From Tubiluchus corallicola (taxonomy: Eukaryota > Animalia > Priapulida), in contig JAQGDQ010000929.1 in NCBI GenBank assembly GCA_030141605.1, positions 15,679 to 79,678 on the forward strand: a stretch of 64,000 nt of DNA, read 5' to 3'. A program made the position numbers and the translations under genes. Shown in pieces: positions 13,201 to 26,576 of the stretch; positions within the stretch are counted from its first letter, which is position 1, and every line of letters begins with the position of its first letter. The notes beneath the pieces are model-generated. The model was given only the letters and a program-made list of their open reading frames with translations. It searched no databases and was not told where the DNA came from.

Positions 13201-15545
13201 CAACTTTAATTTTTTAAATCTTTTGTTTCTTTTTGACAGCTTTTTACATTATGAGCCTTTTCTCAGTTTCATAGTCTTCATATGCAGTTGCTGTAGGTCA
13301 AAGGTTAAGTGTACCACTGCTGTACAACTGTCATATCTACAGCAGTCAGGTGATGTGTGGGTAATGCAAATCCGTCTGTCGTGTCAGTTTAGTACCTTTA
13401 GTTATTTCACCTGGCAAGATCTTGCTTGAGAACAAGAAAAATGAATTAGGTAAGGTTCTAGTTAGCTGTTAAAACGTTTACTACAGTATTAACATAACAT
13501 GGACTGCGAGATGTTGTCAAGTGTACACAAATGCGTTGTCTGGTATACTCATCCTTTGACGTTTTCATAATCATCATCAATCATTGAAACTGTGAAAAGG
13601 CTTATTAATTTCAAACAATGACGAGTATTTGTATTTGTGTGTGTGGGGGCGGAGGGTGTGATGCATACATGCGTGCATCTGAGTATTTTCAAAATTTGTT
13701 TATGAAATATGCAAGTTTTAATTGCTAAACGAAACCAAATTGATAACTAGGACAGTCTCAATCATTTTAAAAACCAAATAAATTCAGAGCAATTAGTTAT
13801 TCTCTGCCTCCAGTGCACGTGATAAAAATAATGACTCCGAAATTGTTTTGATTATCATAATTGCAAAAAGTTTGGCGGCTAAAAATGGCTGATAAGTTTC
13901 TGTCTTCTTGCTTTTCCCCTCCTAATATATTTTTGCCTTAAAAAAATCCTAGCACAAGTATTCAAAAACCATCATCTCAACTGTAATGTACATTTGTATC
14001 AGAGAAATCAAAGAAAGTTTGTGTTTGCAATTCTATTAACTCATTTCAAATAATTGTAGTAAACTGATCCTGTACAGTATAAAATACAACAACCAGCTAA
14101 CGAAAAATAAAGTCACAATTGACTAGAGGGAATTCCTGACATGTTTCTGTGAATTTTAGTAATTTTTGCCTTTTATAAACAAGGACAAAGGTTTCTGATT
14201 TGACTAGTTTGTGAGAATACCAGAAATATAACAGTAAATAAGTGATATAGGACAATGCTGAACATAATTCACTTACCCAAGTACCACTTAATTTCAGGAG
14301 TTGGATTGACCTCTGCAATGACACATTTGAATATTTCATCTGGACTGCTGGCCCTGACAGTGACCTGATTCGTCAATATTTCTTCGTCATTTAACAGCAT
14401 CTTTACTTCCTTTGGTTTTACTGTTAAACAAGAAAAATAAAATATAAATATAAGATTATAATAAATCAAAATAAATTAATTGAAGGTGGGTTAATTAACG
14501 TCAAATTGTAATTTGTTCAATGTGAACGACCATTTTAGCATCAACCCAATTTTTAATGCACAAAAATTATGAATTTCACTTTTTGATAAGATATGCATGA
14601 TACTATCATTACCAAAATACTAGACAACAAACTGACTGATTTCTTTTGATTAATATTTACCAATGAAAATGGCATTTGTTCCAAACAATTATTTGCATTG
14701 AATAAACAACATGTTGGAACAGAAGCTATTTAATGTAAATTTGACATTAAGTATATGCATACATAGCTGCATTTTATGAATGCAGAAATATGTACATTGT
14801 AAAATCAAAAATCTGAATAACATTAGCATCTAACCAATTCTGTGTTTCTTAGAGCCCAATGTGAATTAGTGACTTGAGGAAAGATTTATGATTTTAGTTT
14901 TAAAATTTATCAAGTATTTCATATAAAGACTGCAAGCTGATCTTCAAAATGAGGCAGGGATTAACCATAAATGTGAATACTATTAAAAATATTTCTAGCT
15001 AAAATTTAGCACTTAATTTCTTACATTTATTTTGTGCATTTTATGTTAACCAAATTAGTCATAATTTACCATCTTGATTCTTGATAATTTATCAAAAATG
15101 CAAACCTGATTAATAATGTTAGGAATCTTCATATGCCCAATGTGAATGTCCACTATTGACATAAAGAGTAATCGTCATGACCTTTCATACATTCTACAAA
15201 ATATGTCTACTATCTACAATATTATCTTACCAGTTACAGTTAGTTTTGCTGGATCAGAATTTCGCACAAGGTCAGGTAATTTCCATAACTGGCACATGTA
15301 GGTTCCATCATCTAAGACACTGACATCATTAATTCGAATACTGTGTAATCCTTGTAACTGTGGGTTGTAGCTGTACTTGTAAGATATTCTTCCAGTAATA
15401 GGAAGAACTTTCTCATCTTTGAACCAGGTAACTTTGTAACCCTGCACAGGTACCAGAGTCATGTTGATTCTGCATTCAAATTCTGCTGTTAAACCTTGCA
15501 ATACTTGCGTACTGGAAGGCTGCATAGTGAAATATTCACTTGCAC
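4091..15545 (-). CDS. Multi-exon gene: Ig-Ig-Ig-globular C1q domain protein (~430 aa)
   Basis: Exons 15545-15231, 14420-14277, 12040-11846, 9828-9568, 8862-8752, 7729-7601, 4239-4091. All have GT-AG boundaries with phase-1 introns and splice into one open frame ending TAG at 4093-4091. Candidate polyA signal at 3909-3904. Start codon unresolved. Confidence 0.9.
4413..4467 (-). mobile_element. Decayed tRNA-like head, probably a tRNA(Ala)-derived SINE fragment
   Basis: Minus strand GTGGTGCTGAGCGTTTGCCTTGCAAGCAAAAGGGTGCTAGTTCAAATCC: anticodon-like arm (TGC) and B box; acceptor stem incomplete. Confidence 0.5.
7601..7729 (-). CDS. Ig-C1q gene exon: middle of the C1q domain
   Basis: GKFTAPVIGTYSFELNLRAKSSSSDDVARLRHDGNLVTYLRHP; C1q hallmark GxFTAPxxGxYxF; cacag| and |gtaag boundaries. 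Confidence 0.92.
8752..8862 (-). CDS. Ig-C1q gene exon: N-terminal part of the C1q domain
   Basis: (T)FAFSVTTPQNETGSTGEIIKFTKTNVNHGNVYSSST; C1q pattern AFSV...IxF...NxGxxY; ttcag| and |gtatg boundaries; not in the ORF track. Confidence 0.88.
9568..9828 (-). CDS. Ig-C1q gene exon: Ig domain 3 (I/C2-like)
   Basis: LELKCEADANPPPTFTWK...DDGEYQCVATNALG; canonical C, W and DxGxYxC. Confidence 0.93.
11238..11628. repeat. ~103-bp intronic tandem repeat, ~4 copies, containing TAGGGTTAGGGTTA
   Basis: GCTACTGATCCAGATGTCTATG recurs at ~103-bp spacing. Confidence 0.85.
11846..12040 (-). CDS. Ig-C1q gene exon: second half of Ig domain 2 (C2-set)
   Basis: GKKDITSSAGQENLTNSTTQLVTSTSTLRHVFSPGTEGDNGKIIRCYLTDRTLNVSIPDISLNVL; DNGKxIxC motif. 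Confidence 0.88.
12105..12485. repeat. ~37-bp degenerate intronic minisatellite
   Basis: TTCTGACAGGGTTAGAAAATTCAGCGAATTATTCTAA-type units. Confidence 0.85.
14277..14420 (-). CDS. Ig-C1q gene exon: first half of Ig domain 2
   Basis: KPKEVKMLLNDEEILTNQVTVRASSPDEIFKCVIAEVNPTPEIKWYL; C...P.P.I.W pattern. Confidence 0.88.
15231..15545 (-). CDS. Ig-C1q gene exon: Ig domain 1 (V/I-like)
   Basis: FTMQPSSTQVLQGLTAEFECRI...VTWFKD...SIRINDVSVLDDGTYMCQ...AKLTVT; TACTAAT branch point and tttacag acceptor. Confidence 0.93.
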
Positions 15546-15691
15546 CTGTAAATAACGGGAACAATAATATTAGTACTAGCAAAGGCCACGAAAAAGATTT
15601 TGCGTATAAATACACGTGTAATCAATAATACGCAAACGTCCTACCAAGTCCTCATTTATAACACAAAGCCCGTAACATCCTGCCTACTTAC

Positions 15692-15793
15692 CTGTAGCAG
15701 CGTTTACTCGTGCCTACTGTATGTTTAACTAACGCAAAGCCAGCAGGCAGCTTTTTGCTGAATTAAAGCTATAAGCAAAAATGGATGACGTCA
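15692..15793 (-). promoter_or_regulatory. Putative non-coding first exon and promoter of the Ig-C1q gene
   Basis: Strong donor CAG|GTAAGT at 15692/15691; no ATG in the exon; palindromic CRE TGACGTCA at 15786-15793. Confidence 0.45.
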
Positions 15794-16129
15794 GAAAAAT
15801 GGAATGCGGTCAGCACAGTTTTCTAAGCGAAAATTGTCGAAATTTGCGGAAAATTGAACATCTAATTAACTCGTTGATACTCCTCTCGGTGGACCTGCCC
15901 TAAAATATAGCCCACATCATCGTGTAGCCCTGTCCTTCCTCTCTGTAAAGAGCCCCATATCTCCTTCCGAGAGTCCCACCGGGCGACGCTAGAACGTTTT
16001 TCCCGCATGCTGTTTGGTCAAAATTTCGAAAAAATCGCGAGTTGGGTCCGGGAAAACGCCCGTTGCGGGGCGCCCTGGCCCTCTCGGGAATTATAAATAT
16101 GCCTACTACACCCACCGCTGAACTGGCTA

Positions 16130-16390
16130 GCTATCCATACCCAGTACCCCCCTCGGCCCGTTCCCGTTCTCTAGATCTCAGCCGTATAACTTTTGCAATT
16201 TTTTGCAAAAAACGGCCGTTCCGCCCGGTGGGCCCGATTCGAAAAATAAACCATCAATGGCATGACACTAGATCGAGACCTTTCGTTTGATATATAGATC
16301 GCCGCAAATGGTGGCTTCGTCCGGGCTGTAGCCTCGAATCTTATATATATATATATAAATATACCAAGAATATTAATATAAAAGTATAGA
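16130..16390 (+). mobile_element. Dispersed non-autonomous repeat (possibly Helitron-type), copy 1
   Basis: Closely similar to 57600-57860 (GGCCCGTTCCCGTTC...GACACTAGATCGAGACCTTTCGTTTGA...CCTCGAATCTT(AT)n ACCAAGAATATT); may extend left to ~15880; class uncertain. Confidence 0.7.
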
Positions 16391-16599
16391 TTCAGTGCTA
16401 AATTCAGAAGTCATCCTAAAATTATGCAGGCATAGAAATTGTTTTTTGTTAATTATCCCTAGACTCAAATTAATGGATTGCAACGCCACAGATAGTTATC
16501 TCGGAAAGAAATTGAAAACATGAAAATTTTGAAAAAATGTTTTGAGAGGAGTAAGTGCTTCCCTCTTAACGCAGCGATGTAATTAGTGGATAAAAGGTT

Positions 16600-19500
16600 G
16601 GCAATACAGCATAATTATAAATATTCACCGTCATCTTACAAAAGCCAACGTCTTCTGAAACATTGACGTCATCAATTCTAATACTGTAAAAACTGTCTCT
16701 GTTTGGTTGTTGTCTTTCGATTTTTGAACCTGATGATCGGCAGCTACTTCTTCGATGTTGTAATACCTGACATTGGCCTACGTCACATATACATATATAT
16801 ATATATGGCAAATTTATAGTTTACCTGTTGTAGATCTGTTACTTGCAGACGATGACATTTCTAATGATGGTGAGAATACTGAAGCTGATTCCTTAGGAAC
16901 TTCTTTTGACACTTGGTAAAAGGTGCTGATGAGACAGTAGCTGATGTTTATTTATCCGAGTGGCTCAGGTCAAGATGTTCACTTGTTGCTGCTAAAGAAA
17001 AACAAGTAAAAATTACAAGAAAAAAGTTACATGGGGTACAACTAGAACTTTTTGACAGCGTTCTGTACCACTGCTGCAATTTACAAAAAGATTGCAGTTA
17101 TGTGACGTTATGTATCGAAAAGTGATATTATTTGAATTTCTGCTATGCGCTAATAACTTGATATTATCTTTTTACATTTTATCAGTATGTTACTCTAGTC
17201 ACAATCATTTTTAATTCATGTTTCAGTGTTTTGTTTGGAGCGGGACTACAATCATCACTTAGTCTTTACACCAAGCACTAGTCTAACATACCTTGGTCTA
17301 CCTAATCTAGGCACAAGACTCATTCTGCTGCAAGTGAAAATTCGGAAGATTTAAATTAAAGAAAATTTGCAGAATGATGCAAAATTTAAAACACATTTGC
17401 ATCGGTGCCAAATTAGCAGTGCACACAAAGTTTCTGCCATCATTGTTGCTGATGATATTGTTGTTGATGATTATGATGATAATGTTAATGATAATTATAA
17501 TGTTAATGATTATTTACATTTATAACTAATGAAATAAAAAATTTCATAGCAAAACTTAAAAAATAAAAAAAATCATTTTAGAATATGGAGTAAAGGATGT
17601 GGAAAAAAGAAACTCCTAGTCAATGGATTAAAAAATAATAGTAGCCAAAAAATACTTTCTTCAAATTTTTGGCAATGCACCTTTAACTGTTTTTATTAAT
17701 TAGAAAATAATTTGAAAAATAACGACAATAATTCTTCTGTGAAAATTCATAAACAGTAAACAATAAAAAATTAGTTTCAGTTATCATTCAACTATTATTC
17801 TGTATATTGTTCTAATCTATAAGTAGTCATGAGACAAAAAAGGAAGTTTTTAAAGAAACCAATAAAAATCTTTTTTTAACTTACCGTTTATTGCAAACAC
17901 CATTTGAATGGCTTTTTCGTTGTGAATTACGTGTTTGCTACACATACGAAGACTATTCCACTCTGTGAGAGTTGTAATTTTTCTAATTTTGTCAACAGAA
18001 AAACCGGGTATTCATAAGAGTCACAAAAAACAGGAGCACAGCACGGTACTTTACCTGCTAGTCAAATGGTAAGCCTGTACAAGAGAAAATTACAGTCAAT
18101 GATTTTAGAACAAAATCAGAATAATAACATTTCTTCAGCAAATAAGACAATCACAAAAATCTTCTAGTAAAGCGGGGTTTATAGTCGTGAATGAAACTTA
18201 ATAAACATAAAAATGAAGGCAAGGTGATAATGTTAGTGTTCTAATCCATCTGTTCATTGCTTTCGTATAAATTCCATAATGGGCTAATATCAGCAGATGC
18301 TCAGTAAGTGATTTATATTCATGCAAGAAAGAACTGAATAACGTTGATATTTGTAAAAAAAAATGGCCAGGTCGATCAATTAAATTTACACTAATGCAGT
18401 GTAATGTGAGTCAATTAATGTGATCTACGTTGATCTAATGCAGAAGGAATAACAACCACTTGTTAAATGTTCTAAGACAGTTATAAATCATTTTTTGATT
18501 GCAGAACGAAATAGGGGACAACCAAAACTTGAAAATTATCTAGGACTTTACCTTTTAGAAGTTTTTAACATACGCACTGAAATTTTAAAAGCAGATAAGA
18601 CAGAGCATTTGCACAGGCTGTAAGAGATTCCAATATTTAACTTTCCCCAATGAGACATTCTAAATAATGTGCTTAAATTTATTCCGCCTGGTAAAATCAA
18701 GTTTTTATCAATTAATTGGTTTTTCAGCTCGCTTTATCCGTATTTTAAATTTTCTTGATAATTTCGGTGACTGTTTTAATGCTATAGAAAACAAGGTGCA
18801 GAAACGGAAGAGAAAAACACCATTTCCGGATTTCTGTTTAAGTGTTTTCAAACATAAAGTTTAAAAAGATCACCACGAAAACACTTTAAAAATTGTGTTT
18901 TGCACCAGCCATGCATTCGACTTGTGTTACATGGAGTAAAAAATGGGGTCAGTTAATTGTCTCAAACATTTTCCCAGATTTAACTAAGAGCTGCTTGTTT
19001 TACATCAAATAAAAGTTTCATCAATGAGGCACGAGAGTGAGACAAATTGAATGATGTAAGTTGAGCTGTAATTGGGCCACAGCTAAATCGAAAATGTGAC
19101 GAGGTCGAATTTGAATGAAACAAAATTCAGTTATTATATAAACAATGCGGCAAATTCAGTGAAGGCAACATTAAGGTCTTCAGATCAATGACTCAAGCAG
19201 CTGCACTTACAGAAACGTGGCTTATGGAACAAGACTATTTCTCATCATGAAATAAATCCATTGTTAAAATAGTGCAAACATCCTGAGTAATGTTGGATTT
19301 CAGGAAGTTCTTGGCAAGATCTTCAAGTCCACGAGTTCTATACTTTTAGCAACATACAATGAAGCAAATACAGTTTCACCAATGAGTATGCATAATTAGT
19401 ACAAATATACTCTAGAAGTAAGAAAAATACGCTTGGATCTACATCAGGTATTTCTGTTTCATCATCAGGCTCATGACGCGTAGGTCTAAAAAGCATTTTT

Positions 19501-19782
19501 TGAAAGAGTTACTCCTCAAACTAGTAATACACCAGTTAGAGTTAAAAAGAGTTTTCCCCAGATGAAATGTCACAGTCGCCACTGCTGTACACGTTTAAAC
19601 CTTTGCCCCCAATCTCGCTTTGCATCCAGGATGTTTGCGCTATTTCAACTGAATATAGCCATTTTGAATATTGTAAAACTCAGTAAGCGAATTTATAGAT
19701 AATCTAGTAACGACTTACCTTGTTAGCAATCGCTTCTAACTGCAACGTAGATCACCACTGCGTGCACTCTACAGCTTATATA
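16600..19782 (-). pseudogene. Decayed exons of an Ig-domain/Ser-Thr-rich gene
   Basis: AG...GT-bounded segments ~19411-19211, ~18074-17886 (QSGIVFVCVAN) and ~16991-16825 (S/T-rich), each disrupted by stops or frameshifts; Ig-like remnant QVLQ...YSIRIDDVNVSEDVGFC at ~16780-16620; TATATAA at 19782-19776 and donor AAG|GTAAGT at 19719. Confidence 0.5.
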
Positions 19783-21469
19783 CAAGGCAGATTGTCTACA
19801 GTACACCCACAGCAAAGTTCACTTCTTATCATGCCGTTTTTACACACAAAAAGAATCACATGATTTTGGTCGTATGACTGCTGAGAGTTCAAATACAGTT
19901 CAAACTTCAGGTCCAACTACACCATAGGCCCTTCAAAATTGGGGAGATCGTGCTTAAAGATTTTTACGTATATTTTTTTATTTCAGGAGGATATTGTAAC
20001 ATTTTGTATTGATCTTTTGATTCATTTAAAACTAAACTAAAATATAAAAAGGAAGAAGACTGAAAATGTAATTTTAAATATAAGCAACTATTTACACTAC
20101 TGCCGTGTTGAAATATGTGCTAATATGGTTTACTATAAATAGCAAAATAGTGATGAATTTGTATAGAATATTTTCATTGACAAACAAAGGATAGCTCTTC
20201 TGGTTTATTTAGAAAGTCTGCAACAAGTTTACTTGAAGCTTTGTACATGCCACTAAAACATATGATGAGCAAAAATATATTCAAGATGGGTGCAGACGAG
20301 TTAGTGGGTGGCTCTGTCCGAGGAGGGCCCAACAATTTCGTTAGCCTTCTGCCCCAAGAAGGTCGTGAGTATTGTTAAAAAGGGGATTTATTGTCAATAA
20401 TGAAAAAACGAAATAATAACATGTTACATAGCACAAAGTCATGCCTATTTTACACATAGATTTATACATATGTTAGCAAGAACAATGTGGAACATTGGTA
20501 TGTCGTATGCTTCGTATATCTAGTCACTGCATCGTTTTTAGCTATAAGCTCAGTGCCGGAGGCTCTATTATAGGTAGTTTTACCCTAATCAAAAATATTT
20601 TAACGCCCTTCCTCAACCTCATCCACACAGGGGCGTATTTAGAAAAAGGGCGTTTATGGAAAGCACTAGCACTGAAATTGCACCACATTGCAAACACATG
20701 ACATCAATCTTTTTTTAGTTTAATTTATTCTTTTCAAATATAACCAGAGAGTATTGTATTAAGACATAGAACGAACTATTGAAAAAAGAAGAAGAAGTGG
20801 AAAAGCGAATTGAGGAATAAATTTGTGAGGTAAATGTGTGATAAGAATGAGATGATATACAACCAAATGCAACTCCCCTTGTTTAAATAACAGTTTTATT
20901 GGCGTTTTTATAACCATTGTTCAAGTTTATATGTATAAGATTAAGTATTAAAGTGTTATGCTTCTCACACACATAAAAGGGCGGATCATCCATTTGAAGA
21001 ATTGCTGAGTGGTGCCCTTTTTCAAGTGGTGCCCGTGGTACCTGCCAAAGCTGCCATTCCCTAGATGCCGCCGCCTTCACAACCTCTCCCACCTCGGGTC
21101 AACCCTTGCCCTCGAAGTCTTTGATCTTTTATTATAAGCTAATAAGCTTATAACTAGATAATTAAGCAAATTTGACTGCAAGCAACTTGTTTATTAGTAG
21201 TGAAATAATGGAAGGATTTGCTGTTTTCAACAGTTAGTTCAATTTTAAAGAGTTACTGCTGTGCAGCTGTTTTTACCTGTAATTTCCCAGCTAATATTTT
21301 TTCTAAAAAACTCGTTTCACAGAGAAAACAATATGCCAGATATATTTTTTTAAAAAGAAGTAGAAAAATTTCGGTTTCGTTTTCAATGCTCTGCTCTGAT
21401 ATTATCTCGGTAAATTTCCACTGCTGTTTTTCCACTAGGAATGTCTGATGTTTACCCCTATTGTGTACT

Positions 21470-22330
21470 AATGAGATAAAAGAGTAAACTCTTAGTAAAC
21501 CCAATAATTTCTTGGTCTTGGCTGAGAGTTTGACTGTCAATGATGCGACTGTCTTGGTCAGCGTCTGAACTGAATTTTGTATGTTACTTAAAATGTGACC
21601 TTGTTGTAGCAGTGAACCTGCAAATAGTCGTAGCGTATTTCGAGTCATTTCTGGCAAGTTTTCCGGTAATTCTTGTGAAATTAAACCAATTTCCATAGGT
21701 TCAGAATTATCTGGGAAACTATTAGCTGCCTCACTTATCGCTAAAGTTAAAGTTGTGGGAGGCTCTCTAAGCAAATATTGTCTGACTTGGTCTCCACGTA
21801 TACCCAATGTAAATAATTGGACTAAAAATGACTGAAATGCCGGTTGTGTAATTTCATCTTCTGATTTAGCAATATGCGCTAATTTCATTATTCGATCTCC
21901 GAAGGCTTGAAGTTTCTCCTTTTTGCTGTCTGGCTCGAGTTAACCCTATAAAAGCTTTATTAAGCGAATTTAAGAAATTTATAAAAAGCTGCGCAATTTA
22001 CAGTAGTATAGTAAATGATGTTTACGACCCCCCAAAATGTTCAATATACAATTTGAAGTTTATTTACAACCCACCAAAATAAGCATGATTTAACATACAA
22101 ACAACGGTTTTCTAACACTCTCTAACACAAACAGGAAGAGGTTTATCGAGCAAAAATAGGATGGAAGAAAACGTGCATTACTTACAGTCGGTACTTCAGT
22201 GTTGGAGATCAGTTTAAACAGCAATAAACAGCTTAGTAATAAAACCAGGTTTTGAAAAACTGTTTCCTGTAAAGGAACTGGTCAGGTTACCAGTAAAATA
22301 AATCGTTGTATTGGTTGTATAAAGCTGATT
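21470..22330 (-). mobile_element. Gypsy-like LTR retrotransposon gag fragment
   Basis: EKLQAFGDRIMKLAHIA...QLFTLGIRGDQVRQYLLREPPTTLTLAISEA...EPMEIG; PBS-like TGGTGG near 22075; no pol. Confidence 0.65.
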
Positions 22331-22867
22331 ATTGGTGTTTTAGGGATGGCAAAACTATGAAGAGTCAGACTATAAAACTACACGTTTATTGAACATCAAA
22401 CACAATAAATATAACAGATAGTAATGCCAAGCCCACTGATCTAGTCTGCTTATAAAACTACACGTTAATTGAACATCAAACACAATAAACATAGCACATA
22501 GTAATGCCAAGCCCACTGACCTAGTCTGCTCTCCTTCAGCTCCCAGACTCAATCCCCTGAGCTGGGCGCATCATAAGGTTTATATATCACGCACCGAGCT
22601 TCGATACCACGATTCTGAATCACTTGCTCACGTGACAAAAAGTTTAATTTTAATAAAGTATTGATACACTGAAATGAATTTTAAAATACTCATTAGTTAC
22701 AGTGAGGTGCAATGCAGCTGAAATGTGATCAATTCATACAGCTGACCTTATAAAGTCGTTAGTCTGCAGCACGAAAACTGATTCACGATACATATTCTTG
22801 CTCCGCCTAAAGACCTCACATGAAGTTTACAGGCCTAGCTAACTTACATCAACGCTAAATATAGCAA

Positions 22868-23348
<481 letters not shown>

Positions 23349-24640
23349 AATGCTGCTACAAATGCTACACTGAGTTACAATAGCGAAGTTATGAACGCAG
23401 TTTATATGCTGTACCTGTGGTCTCTCTCCCCGTCTCCCTTGTAACTTTTGTAAGTTTGTGCGCGTGCTTCTCTTACTTCATCTCTCCCTTTTCTTTTTAC
23501 ATATAAAACAAAGCACGAATAAATGAATAAAAAAATCATTTTCTAACCGTTCATCTCTCATACAAACATCATAAGACTTCGACATTTTTCTCTGATGTTT
23601 ACACTAAACTGTATTAAAGTGGAGTTTAAAAGAATCTAGGTAATAAAGTCACAGGTAACCCTGCGAATTCAAGTAAATCAGTTGCTTCGTTGAAGAAAGG
23701 TATAAATGTAAAATGTAAAAAATTACGCACATAGTTTAATGGTGAAGTTATTTCAAAGCAATCATTGAATGATATGAAGTTCTAAAGGTTCTAAACGATA
23801 GTTTAACAGGCTATGAACACTGAATTTATTTCTTTGAAGATTGTTTGAAACCTTTTTATGTGACAAGTGTGCATCTTCCTTGCTCTCTTTTTATTTCATA
23901 TTAAAATATAACACCCAGTGTAATATCACATTAACTTAAACTCAAATTACTATTGTATATAAAGGAACAATTTTCTGTGTGGTTGCTAGGTTTCTTGTTT
24001 CTTTTTTAAAAAAATGTTACCTTGGAAATACGCCGAAATGGTTTTAATTGTGGCTAATACCTGGCTATGTTACGGCGCTTAGGGTTTTGTATTCAATTAT
24101 ACTTCAGTGAATTTTGATGAATGTAAAATTGTATAGGTGAAGCGTGTTTCCACACTTGTGACAAACAACAAACTTACAATTGATCTTACTCAAGTGAAAC
24201 CATTATGCCCTAAGAATGTCCAATGTTTCGTATACAAAATGAAGAAGAAAAAGCAAACGTATACTGGTTGACAAGAAGATTACTAATAAATTTGATTTAT
24301 TATTATACATGAACAAAAATCCAAAATAATAATATCGTAAAAAAAGCCTTACATGTGTTGTAAGTCTACTCCGTGTATCACTCTACTACGATCAGATTAT
24401 TATGTATACCTTTATTACATCAACTTACGGATATCAGAAGAATCGGACAAAATCTAGACCGTTAAAAAATCTCATAGCAGACAACGAACACAGTCCGTTG
24501 TTTCACAATCTGACCGCTAGTTGGCGGGCCGTCACTTGTTTTACAAAGCTTATGTTAATCTTCAGAAGAAATACAAACAATATTTATGTACATATTTACT
24601 CTGCTTAGCAATATATTCATTAATCAATATTGATATTACC

Positions 24641-25108
24641 ACATTCTTGACGCTTTTTCACATAATGCAAATGAATGTATGATTGTACATAAGGATACCT
24701 GCCATTTTCAATAAACTCTGGCAACATTCTTGACGCTTTGTCACCTAATGCATATAAATGTATGATTGTACATAAGGATACCTGCCATTTTCAATAAACT
24801 CTGGCAACATTCTTGACGCTTTGTCGCCTAATGCATATAAATGTATGATTGTACATAAGGATACCTGCCATTTTCAATAAACTCTGGCAACATTTTTGAC
24901 GCTTTGTCGCCTAATGCATATAAATGTATGATTGTACATAAGGATACCTGCCATTTTCAATAAACTCTGGCAACATTCTTGACGCTTTGTCGCCTAATGC
25001 ATATAAATGTATGATTGTACATAAGGATACCTGCCATTTTCAATAAACTCTGGCAACATTCTTGACGCTTTTTCACCTAATGCATATGAATGTATGATTG
25101 TACATAAG
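24641..25108. repeat. 83-bp tandem repeat, ~5.6 copies
   Basis: ACATTCTTGACGC at 24641, 24724, 24807 and onward. Confidence 0.93.
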
Positions 25109-26576
25109 TACATGTATGTAGTGATTCCCAGAGTGGGTATTGTGCCTATAGTAAAGGTACTGAGAATACTATAATGGCACTATTTTTGTCTTAAATGAAA
25201 CTGCACAAGAGTGACATAGAATATTGCAGCGATGTTTACGTTAAACTTCTGTGATCACTTTAGCTTGAATGATACCCTTAGCACTTACAGGCGACAATAA
25301 TGTACTTGGTACGACTGTGTATATTTCTAATAGTTCAGGTAAATTAATAACTGACAGTTGTTTCATGCTGGTGATGTATTTATGTAGGACCTCAAACTTC
25401 TTACATGCCTCAAATTTACAGATGTATTTTAATATTATGAGGCTAACCTGTTCTTATTTCGACTTGCTCATTAATAAGCTACCTTAGTTAATTACTTACG
25501 TAAAGAAATTAAGAACGTAAATTATCATCATGCTCAACTGATATACAGAAGCATACTAAAAAGTGTTGTATATCAGATACATAATTATGAACTGATGATA
25601 CTTTTCATAATTATTGTTACAATTATATTGTATTAATTTGTAACTTCAGTTTTTTGCACTTCTTTGTCATATTGATAATGTGCTTTTCAGAAAATCTGTT
25701 ATATTTTAGTGCTAGCTACAAATGGGGGCTATATTTAGAGTCTAAAGCGATGTAAGTTAAATTTTATTACATTTCCATTTGCACAGAGTAGTAAGTACTC
25801 TTGATATTCTTGAATGTTATTTTTATGATAACGCTGTAAGTGCCAGAGACAAAAGTAATTAATTTGCTTCGTAGTAATATGCCCACAATTATATTATTAT
25901 ATGCACAACATTGTTGATGTTGGTGGAGAAAAATCCACTTTATTGATATAAATTTCTAGATAATAAAAATTTAGTTATGAATCTTAAAGTACATTGGTAT
26001 AGAATTTGACAACAGAAAGCGGTGTTTTTAAAATTATTATATTACACTTGTAATCATATTGTATGAGATTCATTGTGTGAATTGGAACTCGAGGCTATTT
26101 TTATTTTGACATTAGAGTGCTGTAATTTATTGTATATTGCATGCTTTTAATAATTTATGAGATTTTAAGCCAGGGCAAAGAAACTTTACTTATGACAAGT
26201 TGTTTAAATGAATCTGGCGAAAGTTTTGTAAACATAAAAATTACTAGTGTGAGTGTTATGATAAAAACGCTTGCTGAGATGAGTGAGTTAACGTCAATAT
26301 TTTTGTTAAGTAAACAAAAATTGCAAAAAATTGTTATTGTTATTACCAGCAAAGAAAACATTATTGATCCATGTGTTGTTGATTGTTGTAATGGTGATTT
26401 TTGTGTCACTTTAGTGGTCCTGTTTGTTTTATCCTTTGGAAAATACATAATGTTGTCAGAAAATGGAGATTGTTTTTTTTAATTTTTTGTGTTCTAAGAC
26501 TAACAATGATAGTTTGAAGTAAACTAAATCATTTTGCCTATCATGTGTTTTTAAAATGGCAAATAAAGATTTTAGT

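Noticed and set aside
17886-18050. THAP zinc finger (CCAPVFC...W...RMCSKH)
   Set aside because: Needs a frame switch and lacks the HF and AVP signature; a decayed Ig-like reading fits the splice context at least as well
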